Positions 42,816 to 55,900 of a stretch of 64,000 nucleotides of DNA are shown piece by piece. The stretch's first letter is position 1, and every line of letters starts with the position of its first letter. The translations under genes and the position numbers were made by a program. Where the stretch lies: assembly GCA_977017575.1 (NCBI GenBank), contig CDRNVI010000085.1, forward strand, positions 29,013-93,012, in the 5' to 3' direction. Source of the DNA: Paramoeba atlantica. Lineage: Eukaryota; Protista; Discosea. The notes under the pieces were generated by a model. It had not been told where the DNA came from, ran no database searches, and saw nothing but the letters and a program-made list of their open reading frames with translations.

Positions 42816-43926
42816 AGTTGCAGAATAGAATGATATCAACATTCGTTTTGTCGACCTATAATATAAACTACCTAAATCAAAACTATACGATAGGGCATCG
42901 CGCCTGGCCGGCGCGGGGGCCGGTGGGTGGGCGCAAAAATTATCGAAGTAAAGTGAAGAAAATATTGTCCTAAGAATCTTCTTCTAAGAAATATTATATG
43001 AAATAACGAAACAAAAGTACATTACACGTAAACTTTATGCGTAAAAGTGCAGTATATGCTAAAGATGTATTCAAGATTGCACTGGTTGGTGCGTGCATGA
43101 AACACGTTAACCACTGCACACTTCCTAAAATTCTTTTCGTAAACTCTTAGAATTTCATTTTGTGTGAATATCGTACTTTGTAGAGATCCTATATAAAGTA
43201 TACGCCCATTCAGGGTAAGGTTTACAATAACTATCAAAACATATAGTTGCAGAATAGAATGATATCAACATTCGTTTTGTCGACCTATAATATAAACTAC
43301 CTAAATCAAAACTATACGATAGGGCATCGCGCCTGGCCGGCGCCACCACCCTCTCGCTACTAACTTTCCACCCCTTTCGCGTTATCAGGGTCTGCCTCGG
43401 CATAACGAAGTCGGCTGATTTTGTCCGCAGGGTTACTTTTCGTGCTCACGTACCGCGCATCTACGGCAATTCCTTGCTTTTTAATTACATTCAAAACCTT
43501 TTCAAGTTCGTCAGAAACGCCGGAAGATTTCGATATTTTCCTATTAAATTATCGAAGTAAAGCAAAAATTATCGAAGTAAAGTGAAGAAAATATTGTCCT
43601 AAGAATCTTCTTCTAAGAAATATTATATGAAATAACGAAACAAAAGTACATTACACGTAAACTTTATGCGTAAAAGTGCAGTATACGCTAAAGATGTATT
43701 CAAGATTGCACTGGTTGGTGCGTGCATGAAACACGTTAACCACTGCACACTTCCTAAAATTCTTTTCGTAAACTCTTAGAATTTCATTTTGTGTGAATAT
43801 CGTACTTTGTAGAGATCCTATATAAAGTATACGCCCATTCAGGGTAAGGTTTACAATAACTATCAAAACATATAGTTGCAGAATAGAATGATATCAACAT
43901 TCGTTTTGTCGACCTATAATATAAAC
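42816..43926. repeat. 629-bp satellite units without insertion (first unit carries a ~200-bp deletion)
   Basis: TATAAACTACC marker at 42862, 43291 and (TATAAAC) 43920. Confidence 0.9.
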
Positions 43927-46900
43927 TTTTTTTTTTTTTTTTTTTGTATACTTTTTTGAGTGCAACACTCCAGCACTGCCGCATCTGCCAACGCGTGAAG
44001 TACGAACCTCGTTTTTTTTGTTTGCTCCAATCGTCCAATTAAATTGTCATGCAGTTTTTACATGAAAATAAGCATGCAGGTCACTCACCCTAGTTGTTTA
44101 GTACCTTGTTATGTTTGGTACCGGGCAGTGCCGTAGTTCGATCAAAAAATGTTTTTTTTTTTCTTTTTTAATATCCTAAAAGAATATGACATTTTTTTTT
44201 TTGATAACCTAATATATTATCCCATACCCCGCGCAGCAGGGAGCTGAGCGTCAAAGAAAAAAAAAACCTGTGTGGCAGTCACCCTAGTTGTGTAGTACCT
44301 TGTTATATTCGGTACCGGATGGTGCCACAATCAAATCGAAACCGGACAGCAATAAAAGAATCTACAATGTGAAATGTAGAATAAGAAAACATGAAAATAA
44401 GCATGCAGGTCACTCACCCTAGTTGTTTAGTACCTTGTTATGTTTGGTACCAGGTGGTGATAGAATCCATTTCATAAGACAGCAGGAAAAAACAGCAGGA
44501 AAAACGAACAAGATCTGGCGTGCAATTCAAGGCGTGCATAATATCTGGCGTGCAATATCTGGCGTGCAATATCTGGCGTGCAGTATCTGGCGTGCATAAT
44601 ATCAACAACAGAATGTACTATTTTTGAAGCTTTGACTTGAAGCAAAAGCTAATCATAGTCGTAGACCTCCAACCCATTTTTCAGCCTGAATATATTGCCG
44701 CAATTGAGAAACTACTGCGTATGCAGAATATTTCTCTAACTCAAGCTGAAAGGCTTCTCGTGTTGGCGTATAATCTAGACCTGCCCTCTTTGCCAATGTT
44801 TTTAGTAGCTGTTTAGTCTCCTCGTGCAAGACCCCACAATCAGTAATCGCAATGCAACGGAAACTTTCGGGATCTAAGCCTTTCTCCTTCACGTATTTAT
44901 TATTCTTTCTGTCTTGGGCACTCTGGAGCAAGTCATTGCTACTTTGCTTTCGGTAGCTACTGCAACACGTATGAACTACGGTTAAATCGTATAAAATTTC
45001 ACCAACGTCGGGCCACAAGATCGCAAGGTCTGGTCCGGATCTGATTCTACGAGCTCGGCATGGGTGTTGTTCTGCTGCTTCTGGGGAAATTGAACATTTG
45101 CACTTAGTGCAGAAGAATGACGTGTGAATTCGTGGCTCGATTGCACAAGGGATATAAACTACCTAAATCAAAACTATACGATAGGGCATCGCGCCTGGCC
45201 GGCGCCACCACCCTCTCGCTACTAACTTTCCACCCCTTTCGCGTTATCAGGGTCTGCCTCGGCATAACAAAGTCGGCTGATTTTGTCCGCAGGGTTACTT
45301 TTCGTGCTCACGTACCGCGCATCTACGGCAATTCCTTGCTTTTTAATTACATTCAAAACCTTTTCAAGTTCGTCAGAAACGCCGGAAGATTTCGATATTT
45401 TCCTATTAAATTATCGAAGTAAAGCAAAAATTATCGAAGTAAAGTGAAGAAAATATTGTCCTAAGAATCTTCTTCTAAGAAATATTATATGAAATAACGA
45501 AACAAAAGTACATTACACGTAAACTTTATGCGTAAAAGTGCAGTATATGCTAAAGATGTATTCAAGATTGCACTGGTTGGTGCGTGCATGAAACACGTTA
45601 ACCACTGCACACTTCCTAAAATTCTTTTCGTAAACTCTTAGAATTTCATTTTGTGTGAATATCGTACTTTGTAGAGATCCTATATAAAGTATACGCCCAT
45701 TCAGGGTAAGGTTTACAATAACTATCAAAACATATAGTTGCAGAATAGAATGATATCAACATTCGTTTTGTCGACCTATAATATAAACTACCTAAATCAA
45801 AACTATACGATAGGGCATCGCGCCTGGCCGGCGCCACCACCCTCTCGCTACTAACTTTCCACCCCTTTCGCGTTATCAGGGTCTGCCTCGGCATAACGAA
45901 GTCGGCTGATTTTGTCCGCAGGGTTACTTTTCGTGCTCACGTACCGCGCATCTACGGCAATTCCTTGCTTTTTAATTACATTCAAAACCTTTTCAAGTTC
46001 GTCAGAAACGCCGGAAGATTTCGATATTTTCCTATTAAATTATCGAAGTAAAGCAAAAATTATCGAAGTAAAGTGAAGAAAATATTGTCCTAAGAATCTT
46101 CTTCTAAGAAATATTATATGAAATAACGAAACAAAATTACATTACACGTAAACTTTATGCGTAAAAGTGCAGTATATGCTAAAGATGTATTCAAGATTGC
46201 ACTGGTTGGTGCGTGCATGAAACACGTTAACCACTGCACACTTCCTAAAATTCTTTTCGTAAACTCTTAGAATTTCATTTTGTGTGAATATCGTACTTTG
46301 TAGAGATCCTATATAAAGTATACGCCCATTCAGGGTAAGGTTTACAATAACTATCAAAACATATAGTTGCAGAATAGAATGATATCAACATTCGTTTTGT
46401 CGACCTATAATATAAACTTTTTTTTTTTTTTTTTTTGTATACTTTTTTGAGTGCAACACTCCAGCACTGCCGCATCTGCCAACGCGTGAAGTACGAACCT
46501 CGTTTTTTTTGTTTGCTCCAATCGTCCAATTAAATTGTCATGCAGTTTTTACATGAAAATAAGCATGCAGGTCACTCACCCTAGTTGTTTAGTACCTTGT
46601 TATGTTTGGTACCGGGCAGTGCCGTAGTTCGATCAAAAAATGTTTTTTTTTTTTAATATCCTAAAAGAATATGACATTTTTTTTTTTTGATAACCTAATA
46701 TATTATCCCATACCCCGCGCAGCAGGGAGCTGAGCGTCAAAGAAAAAAAAAACCTGTGTGGCAGTCACCCTAGTTGTGTAGTACCTTGTTATATTCGGTA
46801 CCGGATGGTGCCACAATCAAATCGAAACCGGACAGCAATAAAAGAATCTACAATGTGAAATGTAGAATAAGAAAACATGAAAATAAGCATGCAGGTCACT

Positions 46901-49900
46901 CACCCTAGTTGTTTAGTACCTTGTTATGTTTGGTACCGGGCAGTGCCGTAGTTCGATCAAAAAATGTTTTTTTTTTCTTTTTTAATATCCTAAAAGAATA
47001 TGACATTTTTTTTTTTGATAACCTAATATATTATCCCATACCCCGCGCAGCAGGGAGCTGAGCGTCAAAGAAAAAAAAAACCTGTGTGGCAGTCACCCTA
47101 GTTGTGTAGTACCTTGTTATATTCGGTACCGGATGGTGCCACAATCAAATCGAAACCGGACAGCAATAAAAGAATCTACAATGTGAAATGTAGAATAAGA
47201 AAACATGAAAATAAGCATGCAGGTCACTCACCCTAGTTGTTTAGTACCTTGTTATGTTTGGTACCAGGTGGTGATAGAATCCATTTCATAAGACAGCAGG
47301 AAAAAACAGCAGGAAAAACGAACAAGATCTGGCGTGCAATTCAAGGCGTGCATAATATCTGGCGTGCAATATCTGGCGTGCAATATCTGGCGTGCAGTAT
47401 CTGGCGTGCATAATATCAACAACAGAATGTACTATTTTTGAAGCTTTGACTTGAAGCAAAAGCTAATCATAGTCGTAGACCTCCAACCCATTTTTCAGCC
47501 TGAATATATTGCCGCAATTGAGAAACTACTGCGTATGCAGAATATTTCTCTAACTCAAGCTGAAAGGCTTCTCGTGTTGGCGTATAATCTAGACCTGCCC
47601 TCTTTGCCAATGTTTTTAGTAGCTGTTTAGTCTCCTCGTGCAAGACCCCACAATCAGTAATCGCAATGCAACGGAAACTTTCGGGATCTAAGCCTTTCTC
47701 CTTCACGTATTTATTATTCTTTCTGTCTTGGGCACTCTGGAGCAAGTCATTGCTACTTTGCTTTCGGTAGCTACTGCAACACGTATGAACTACGGTTAAA
47801 TCGTATAAAATTTCACCAACGTCGGGCCACAAGATCGCAAGGTCTGGTCCGGATCTGATTCTACGAGCTCGGCATGGGTGTTGTTCTGCTGCTTCTGGGG
47901 AAATTGAACATTTGCACTTAGTGCAGAAGAATGACGTGTGAATTCGTGGCTCGATTGCACAAGGGATATAAACTACCTAAATCAAAACTATACGATAGGG
48001 CATCGCGCCTGGCCGGCGCCACCACCCTCTCGCTACTAACTTTCCACCCCTTTCGCGTTATCAGGGTCTGCCTCGGCATAACAAAGTCGGCTGATTTTGT
48101 CCGCAGGGTTACTTTTCGTGCTCACGTACCGCGCATCTACGGCAATTCCTTGCTTTTTAATTACATTCAAAACCTTTTCAAGTTCGTCAGAAACGCCGGA
48201 AGATTTCGATATTTTCCTATTAAATTATCGAAGTAAAGCAAAAATTATCGAAGTAAAGTGAAGAAAATATTGTCCTAAGAATCTTCTTCTAAGAAATATT
48301 ATATGAAATAACGAAACAAAAGTACATTACACGTAAACTTTATGCGTAAAAGTGCAGTATATGCTAAAGATGTATTCAAGATTGCACTGGTTGGTGCGTG
48401 CATGAAACACGTTAACCACTGCACACTTCCTAAAATTCTTTTCGTAAACTCTTAGAATTTCATTTTGTGTGAATATCGTACTTTGTAGAGATCCTATATA
48501 AAGTATACGCCCATTCAGGGTAAGGTTTACAATAACTATCAAAACATATAGTTGCAGAATAGAATGATATCAACATTCGTTTTGTCGACCTATAATATAA
48601 ACTTTTTTTTTTTTTTTTTTTTGTATACTTTTTTGAGTGCAACACTCCAGCACTGCCGCATCTGCCAACGCGTGAAGTACGAACCTCGTTTTTTTTGTTT
48701 GCTCCAATCGTCCAATTAAATTGTCATGCAGTTTTTACATGAAAATAAGCATGCAGGTCACTCACCCTAGTTGTTTAGTACCTTGTTATGTTTGGTACCG
48801 GGCAGTGCCGTAGTTCGATCAAAAAATGTTTTTTTTTTTTAATATCCTAAAAGAATATGACATTTTTTTTTTTTGATAACCTAATATATTATCCCATACC
48901 CCGCGCAGCAGGGAGCTGAGCGTCAAAGAAAAAAAAAACCTGTGTGGCAGTCACCCTAGTTGTGTAGTACCTTGTTATATTCGGTACCGGATGGTGCCAC
49001 AATCAAATCGAAACCGGACAGCAATAAAAGAATCTACAATGTGAAATGTAGAATAAGAAAACATGAAAATAAGCATGCAGGTCACTCACCCTAGTTGTTT
49101 AGTACCTTGTTATGTTTGGTACCGGGCAGTGCCGTAGTTCGATCAAAAAATGTTTTTTTTTTTCTTTTTTAATATCCTAAAAGAATATGACATTTTTTTT
49201 TTTGATAACCTAATATATTATCCCATACCCCGCGCAGCAGGGAGCTGAGCGTCAAAGAAAAAAAAAACCTGTGTGGCAGTCACCCTAGTTGTGTAGTACC
49301 TTGTTATATTCGGTACCGGATGGTGCCACAATCAAATCGAAACCGGACAGCAATAAAAGAATCTACAATGTGAAATGTAGAATAAGAAAACATGAAAATA
49401 AGCATGCAGGTCACTCACCCTAGTTGTTTAGTACCTTGTTATGTTTGGTACCAGGTGGTGATAGAATCCATTTCATAAGACAGCAGGAAAAAACAGCAGG
49501 AAAAACGAACAAGATCTGGCGTGCAATTCAAGGCGTGCATAATATCTGGCGTGCAATATCTGGCGTGCAATATCTGGCGTGCAGTATCTGGCGTGCATAA
49601 TATCAACAACAGAATGTACTATTTTTGAAGCTTTGACTTGAAGCAAAAGCTAATCATAGTCGTAGACCTCCAACCCATTTTTCAGCCTGAATATATTGCC
49701 GCAATTGAGAAACTACTGCGTATGCAGAATATTTCTCTAACTCAAGCTGAAAGGCTTCTCGTGTTGGCGTATAATCTAGACCTGCCCTCTTTGCCAATGT
49801 TTTTAGTAGCTGTTTAGTCTCCTCGTGCAAGACCCCACAATCAGTAATCGCAATGCAACGGAAACTTTCGGGATCTAAGCCTTTCTCCTTCACGTATTTA

Positions 49901-52900
49901 TTATTCTTTCTGTCTTGGGCACTCTGGAGCAAGTCATTGCTACTTTGCTTTCGGTAGCTACTGCAACACGTATGAACTACGGTTAAATCGTATAAAATTT
50001 CACCAACGTCGGGCCACAAGATCGCAAGGTCTGGTCCGGATCTGATTCTACGAGCTCGGCATGGGTGTTGTTCTGCTGCTTCTGGGGAAATTGAACATTT
50101 GCACTTAGTGCAGAAGAATGACGTGTGAATTCGTGGCTCGATTGCACAAGGGATATAAACTACCTAAATCAAAACTATACGATAGGGCATCGCGCCTGGC
50201 CGGCGCCACCACCCTCTCGCTACTAACTTTCCACCCCTTTCGCGTTATCAGGGTCTGCCTCGGCATAACAAAGTCGGCTGATTTTGTCCGCAGGGTTACT
50301 TTTCGTGCTCACGTACCGCGCATCTACGGCAATTCCTTGCTTTTTAATTACATTCAAAACCTTTTCAAGTTCGTCAGAAACGCCGGAAGATTTCGATATT
50401 TTCCTATTAAATTATCGAAGTAAAGCAAAAATTATCGAAGTAAAGTGAAGAAAATATTGTCCTAAGAATCTTCTTCTAAGAAATATTATATGAAATAACG
50501 AAACAAAAGTACATTACACGTAAACTTTATGCGTAAAAGTGCAGTATATGCTAAAGATGTATTCAAGATTGCACTGGTTGGTGCGTGCATGAAACACGTT
50601 AACCACTGCACACTTCCTAAAATTCTTTTCGTAAACTCTTAGAATTTCATTTTGTGTGAATATCGTACTTTGTAGAGATCCTATATAAAGTATACGCCCA
50701 TTCAGGGTAAGGTTTACAATAACTATCAAAACATATAGTTGCAGAATAGAATGATATCAACATTCGTTTTGTCGACCTATAATATAAACTTTTTTTTTTT
50801 TTTTTTTTGTATACTTTTTTGAGTGCAACACTCCAGCACTGCCGCATCTGCCAACGCGTGAAGTACGAACCTCGTTTTTTTTGTTTGCTCCAATCGTCCA
50901 ATTAAATTGTCATGCAGTTTTTACATGAAAATAAGCATGCAGGTCACTCACCCTAGTTGTTTAGTACCTTGTTATGTTTGGTACCGGGCAGTGCCGTAGT
51001 TCGATCAAAAAATGTTTTTTTTTTTCTTTTTTAATATCCTAAAAGAATATGACATTTTTTTTTTTTGATAACCTAATATATTATCCCATACCCCGCGCAG
51101 CAGGGAGCTGAGCGTCAAAGAAAAAAAAAACCTGTGTGGCAGTCACCCTAGTTGTGTAGTACCTTGTTATATTCGGTACCGGATGGTGCCACAATCAAAT
51201 CGAAACCGGACAGCAATAAAAGAATCTACAATGTGAAATGTAGAATAAGAAAACATGAAAATAAGCATGCAGGTCACTCACCCTAGTTGTTTAGTACCTT
51301 GTTATGTTTGGTACCAGGTGGTGATAGAATCCATTTCATAAGACAGCAGGAAAAAACAGCAGGAAAAACGAACAAGATCTGGCGTGCAATTCAAGGCGTG
51401 CATAATATCTGGCGTGCAATATCTGGCGTGCAATATCTGGCGTGCAGTATCTGGCGTGCATAATATCAAAAACAGAATGTACTATTTTTGAAGCTTTGAC
51501 TTGAAGCAAAAGCTAATCATAGTCGTAGACCTCCAACCCATTTTTCAGCCTGAATATATTGCCGCAATTGAGAAACTACTGCGTATGCAGAATATTTCTC
51601 TAACTCAAGCTGAAAGGCTTCTCGTGTTGGCGTATAATCTAGACCTGCCCTCTTTGCCAATGTTTTTAGTAGCTGTTTAGTCTCCTCGTGCAAGACCCCA
51701 CAATCAGTAATCGCAATGCAACGGAAACTTTCGGGATCTAAGCCTTTCTCCTTCACGTATTTATTATTCTTTCTGTCTTGGGCACTCTGGAGCAAGTCAT
51801 TGCTACTTTGCTTTCGGTAGCTACTGCAACACGTATGAACTACGGTTAAATCGTATAAAATTTCACCAACGTCGGGCCACAAGATCGCAAGGTCTGGTCC
51901 GGATCTGATTCTACGAGCTCGGCATGGGTGTTGTTCTGCTGCTTCTGGGGAAATTGAACATTTGCACTTAGTGCAGAAGAATGACGTGTGAATTCGTGGC
52001 TCGATTGCACAAGGGATATAAACTACCTAAATCAAAACTATACGATAGGGCATCGCGCCTGGCCGGCGCCACCACCCTCTCGCTACTAACTTTCCACCCC
52101 TTTCGCGTTATCAGGGTCTGCCTCGGCATAACAAAGTCGGCTGATTTTGTCCGCAGGGTTACTTTTCGTGCTCACGTACCGCGCATCTACGGCAATTCCT
52201 TGCTTTTTAATTACATTCAAAACCTTTTCAAGTTCGTCAGAAACGCCGGAAGATTTCGATATTTTCCTATTAAATTATCGAAGTAAAGCAAAAATTATCG
52301 AAGTAAAGTGAAGAAAATATTGTCCTAAGAATCTTCTTCTAAGAAATATTATATGAAATAACGAAACAAAAGTACATTACACGTAAACTTTATGCGTAAA
52401 AGTGCAGTATATGCTAAAGATGTATTCAAGATTGCACTGGTTGGTGCGTGCATGAAACACGTTAACCACTGCACACTTCCTAAAATTCTTTTCGTAAACT
52501 CTTAGAATTTCATTTTGTGTGAATATCGTACTTTGTAGAGATCCTATATAAAGTATACGCCCATTCAGGGTAAGGTTTACAATAACTATCAAAACATATA
52601 GTTGCAGAATAGAATGATATCAACATTCGTTTTGTCGACCTATAATATAAACTTTTTTTTTTTTTTTTTTTGTATACTTTTTTGAGTGCAACACTCCAGC
52701 ACTGCCGCATCTGCCAACGCGTGAAGTACGAACCTCGTTTTTTTTGTTTGCTCCAATCGTCCAATTAAATTGTCATGCAGTTTTTACATGAAAATAAGCA
52801 TGCAGGTCACTCACCCTAGTTGTTTAGTACCTTGTTATGTTTGGTACCGGGCAGTGCCGTAGTTCGATCAAAAAATGTTTTTTTTTTTCTTTTTTAATAT

Positions 52901-55900
52901 CCTAAAAGAATATGACATTTTTTTTTTTTGATAACCTAATATATTATCCCATACCCCGCGCAGCAGGGAGCTGAGCGTCAAAGAAAAAAAAAACCTGTGT
53001 GGCAGTCACCCTAGTTGTGTAGTACCTTGTTATATTCGGTACCGGATGGTGCCACAATCAAATCGAAACCGGACAGCAATAAAAGAATCTACAATGTGAA
53101 ATGTAGAATAAGAAAACATGAAAATAAGCATGCAGGTCACTCACCCTAGTTGTTTAGTACCTTGTTATGTTTGGTACCAGGTGGTGATAGAATCCATTTC
53201 ATAAGACAGCAGGAAAAAACAGCAGGAAAAACGAACAAGATCTGGCGTGCAATTCAAGGCGTGCATAATATCTGGCGTGCAATATCTGGCGTGCAATATC
53301 TGGCGTGCAGTATCTGGCGTGCATAATATCAACAACAGAATGTACTATTTTTGAAGCTTTGACTTGAAGCAAAAGCTAATCATAGTCGTAGACCTCCAAC
53401 CCATTTTTCAGCCTGAATATATTGCCGCAATTGAGAAACTACTGCGTATGCAGAATATTTCTCTAACTCAAGCTGAAAGGCTTCTCGTGTTGGCGTATAA
53501 TCTAGACCTGCCCTCTTTGCCAATGTTTTTAGTAGCTGTTTAGTCTCCTCGTGCAAGACCCCACAATCAGTAATCGCAATGCAACGGAAACTTTCGGGAT
53601 CTAAGCCTTTCTCCTTCACGTATTTATTATTCTTTCTGTCTTGGGCACTCTGGAGCAAGTCATTGCTACTTTGCTTTCGGTAGCTACTGCAACACGTATG
53701 AACTACGGTTAAATCGTATAAAATTTCACCAACGTCGGGCCACAAGATCGCAAGGTCTGGTCCGGATCTGATTCTACGAGCTCGGCATGGGTGTTGTTCT
53801 GCTGCTTCTGGGGAAATTGAACATTTGCACTTAGTGCAGAAGAATGACGTGTGAATTCGTGGCTCGATTGCACAAGGGATATAAACTACCTAAATCAAAA
53901 CTATACGATAGGGCATCGCGCCTGGCCGGCGCCACCACCCTCTCGCTACTAACTTTCCACCCCTTTCGCGTTATCAGGGTCTGCCTCGGCATAACAAAGT
54001 CGGCTGATTTTGTCCGCAGGGTTACTTTTCGTGCTCACGTACCGCGCATCTACGGCAATTCCTTGCTTTTTAATTACATTCAAAACCTTTTCAAGTTCGT
54101 CAGAAACGCCGGAAGATTTCGATATTTTCCTATTAAATTATCGAAGTAAAGCAAAAATTATCGAAGTAAAGTGAAGAAAATATTGTCCTAAGAATCTTCT
54201 TCTAAGAAATATTATATGAAATAACGAAACAAAAGTACATTACACGTAAACTTTATGCGTAAAAGTGCAGTATATGCTAAAGATGTATTCAAGATTGCAC
54301 TGGTTGGTGCGTGCATGAAACACGTTAACCACTGCACACTTCCTAAAATTCTTTTCGTAAACTCTTAGAATTTCATTTTGTGTGAATATCGTACTTTGTA
54401 GAGATCCTATATAAAGTATACGCCCATTCAGGGTAAGGTTTACAATAACTATCAAAACATATAGTTGCAGAATAGAATGATATCAACATTCGTTTTGTCG
54501 ACCTATAATATAAACTTTTTTTTTTTTTTTTTTTGTATACTTTTTTGAGTGCAACACTCCAGCACTGCCGCATCTGCCAACGCGTGAAGTACGAACCTCG
54601 TTTTTTTTGTTTGCTCCAATCGTCCAATTAAATTGTCATGCAGTTTTTACATGAAAATAAGCATGCAGGTCACTCACCCTAGTTGTTTAGTACCTTGTTA
54701 TGTTTGGTACCGGGCAGTGCCGTAGTTCGATCAAAAAATGTTTTTTTTTTTTAATATCCTAAAAGAATATGACATTTTTTTTTTTTGATAACCTAATATA
54801 TTATCCCATACCCCGCGCAGCAGGGAGCTGAGCGTCAAAGAAAAAAAAAACCTGTGTGGCAGTCACCCTAGTTGTGTAGTACCTTGTTATATTCGGTACC
54901 GGATGGTGCCACAATCAAATCGAAACCGGACAGCAATAAAAGAATCTACAATGTGAAATGTAGAATAAGAAAACATGAAAATAAGCATGCAGGTCACTCA
55001 CCCTAGTTGTTTAGTACCTTGTTATGTTTGGTACCAGGTGGTGATAGAATCCATTTCATAAGACAGCAGGAAAAAACAGCAGGAAAAACGAACAAGATCT
55101 GGCGTGCAATTCAAGGCGTGCATAATATCTGGCGTGCAATATCTGGCGTGCAATATCTGGCGTGCAGTATCTGGCGTGCATAATATCAACAACAGAATGT
55201 ACTATTTTTGAAGCTTTGACTTGAAGCAAAAGCTAATCATAGTCGTAGACCTCCAACCCATTTTTCAGCCTGAATATATTGCCGCAATTGAGAAACTACT
55301 GCGTATGCAGAATATTTCTCTAACTCAAGCTGAAAGGCTTCTCGTGTTGGCGTATAATCTAGACCTGCCCTCTTTGCCAATGTTTTTAGTAGCTGTTTAG
55401 TCTCCTCGTGCAAGACCCCACAATCAGTAATCGCAATGCAACGGAAACTTTCGGGATCTAAGCCTTTCTCCTTCACGTATTTATTATTCTTTCTGTCTTG
55501 GGCACTCTGGAGCAAGTCATTGCTACTTTGCTTTCGGTAGCTACTGCAACACGTATGAACTACGGTTAAATCGTATAAAATTTCACCAACGTCGGGCCAC
55601 AAGATCGCAAGGTCTGGTCCGGATCTGATTCTACGAGCTCGGCATGGGTGTTGTTCTGCTGCTTCTGGGGAAATTGAACATTTGCACTTAGTGCAGAAGA
55701 ATGACGTGTGAATTCGTGGCTCGATTGCACAAGGGATATAAACTACCTAAATCAAAACTATACGATAGGGCATCGCGCCTGGCCGGCGCCACCACCCTCT
55801 CGCTACTAACTTTCCACCCCTTTCGCGTTATCAGGGTCTGCCTCGGCATAACAAAGTCGGCTGATTTTGTCCGCAGGGTTACTTTTCGTGCTCACGTACC

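Noticed and set aside
43291-43920. 5S rRNA, tRNA or snRNA gene in the 629-bp unit
   Set aside because: No recognisable conserved cores on either strand by eye. A covariance search was not run.
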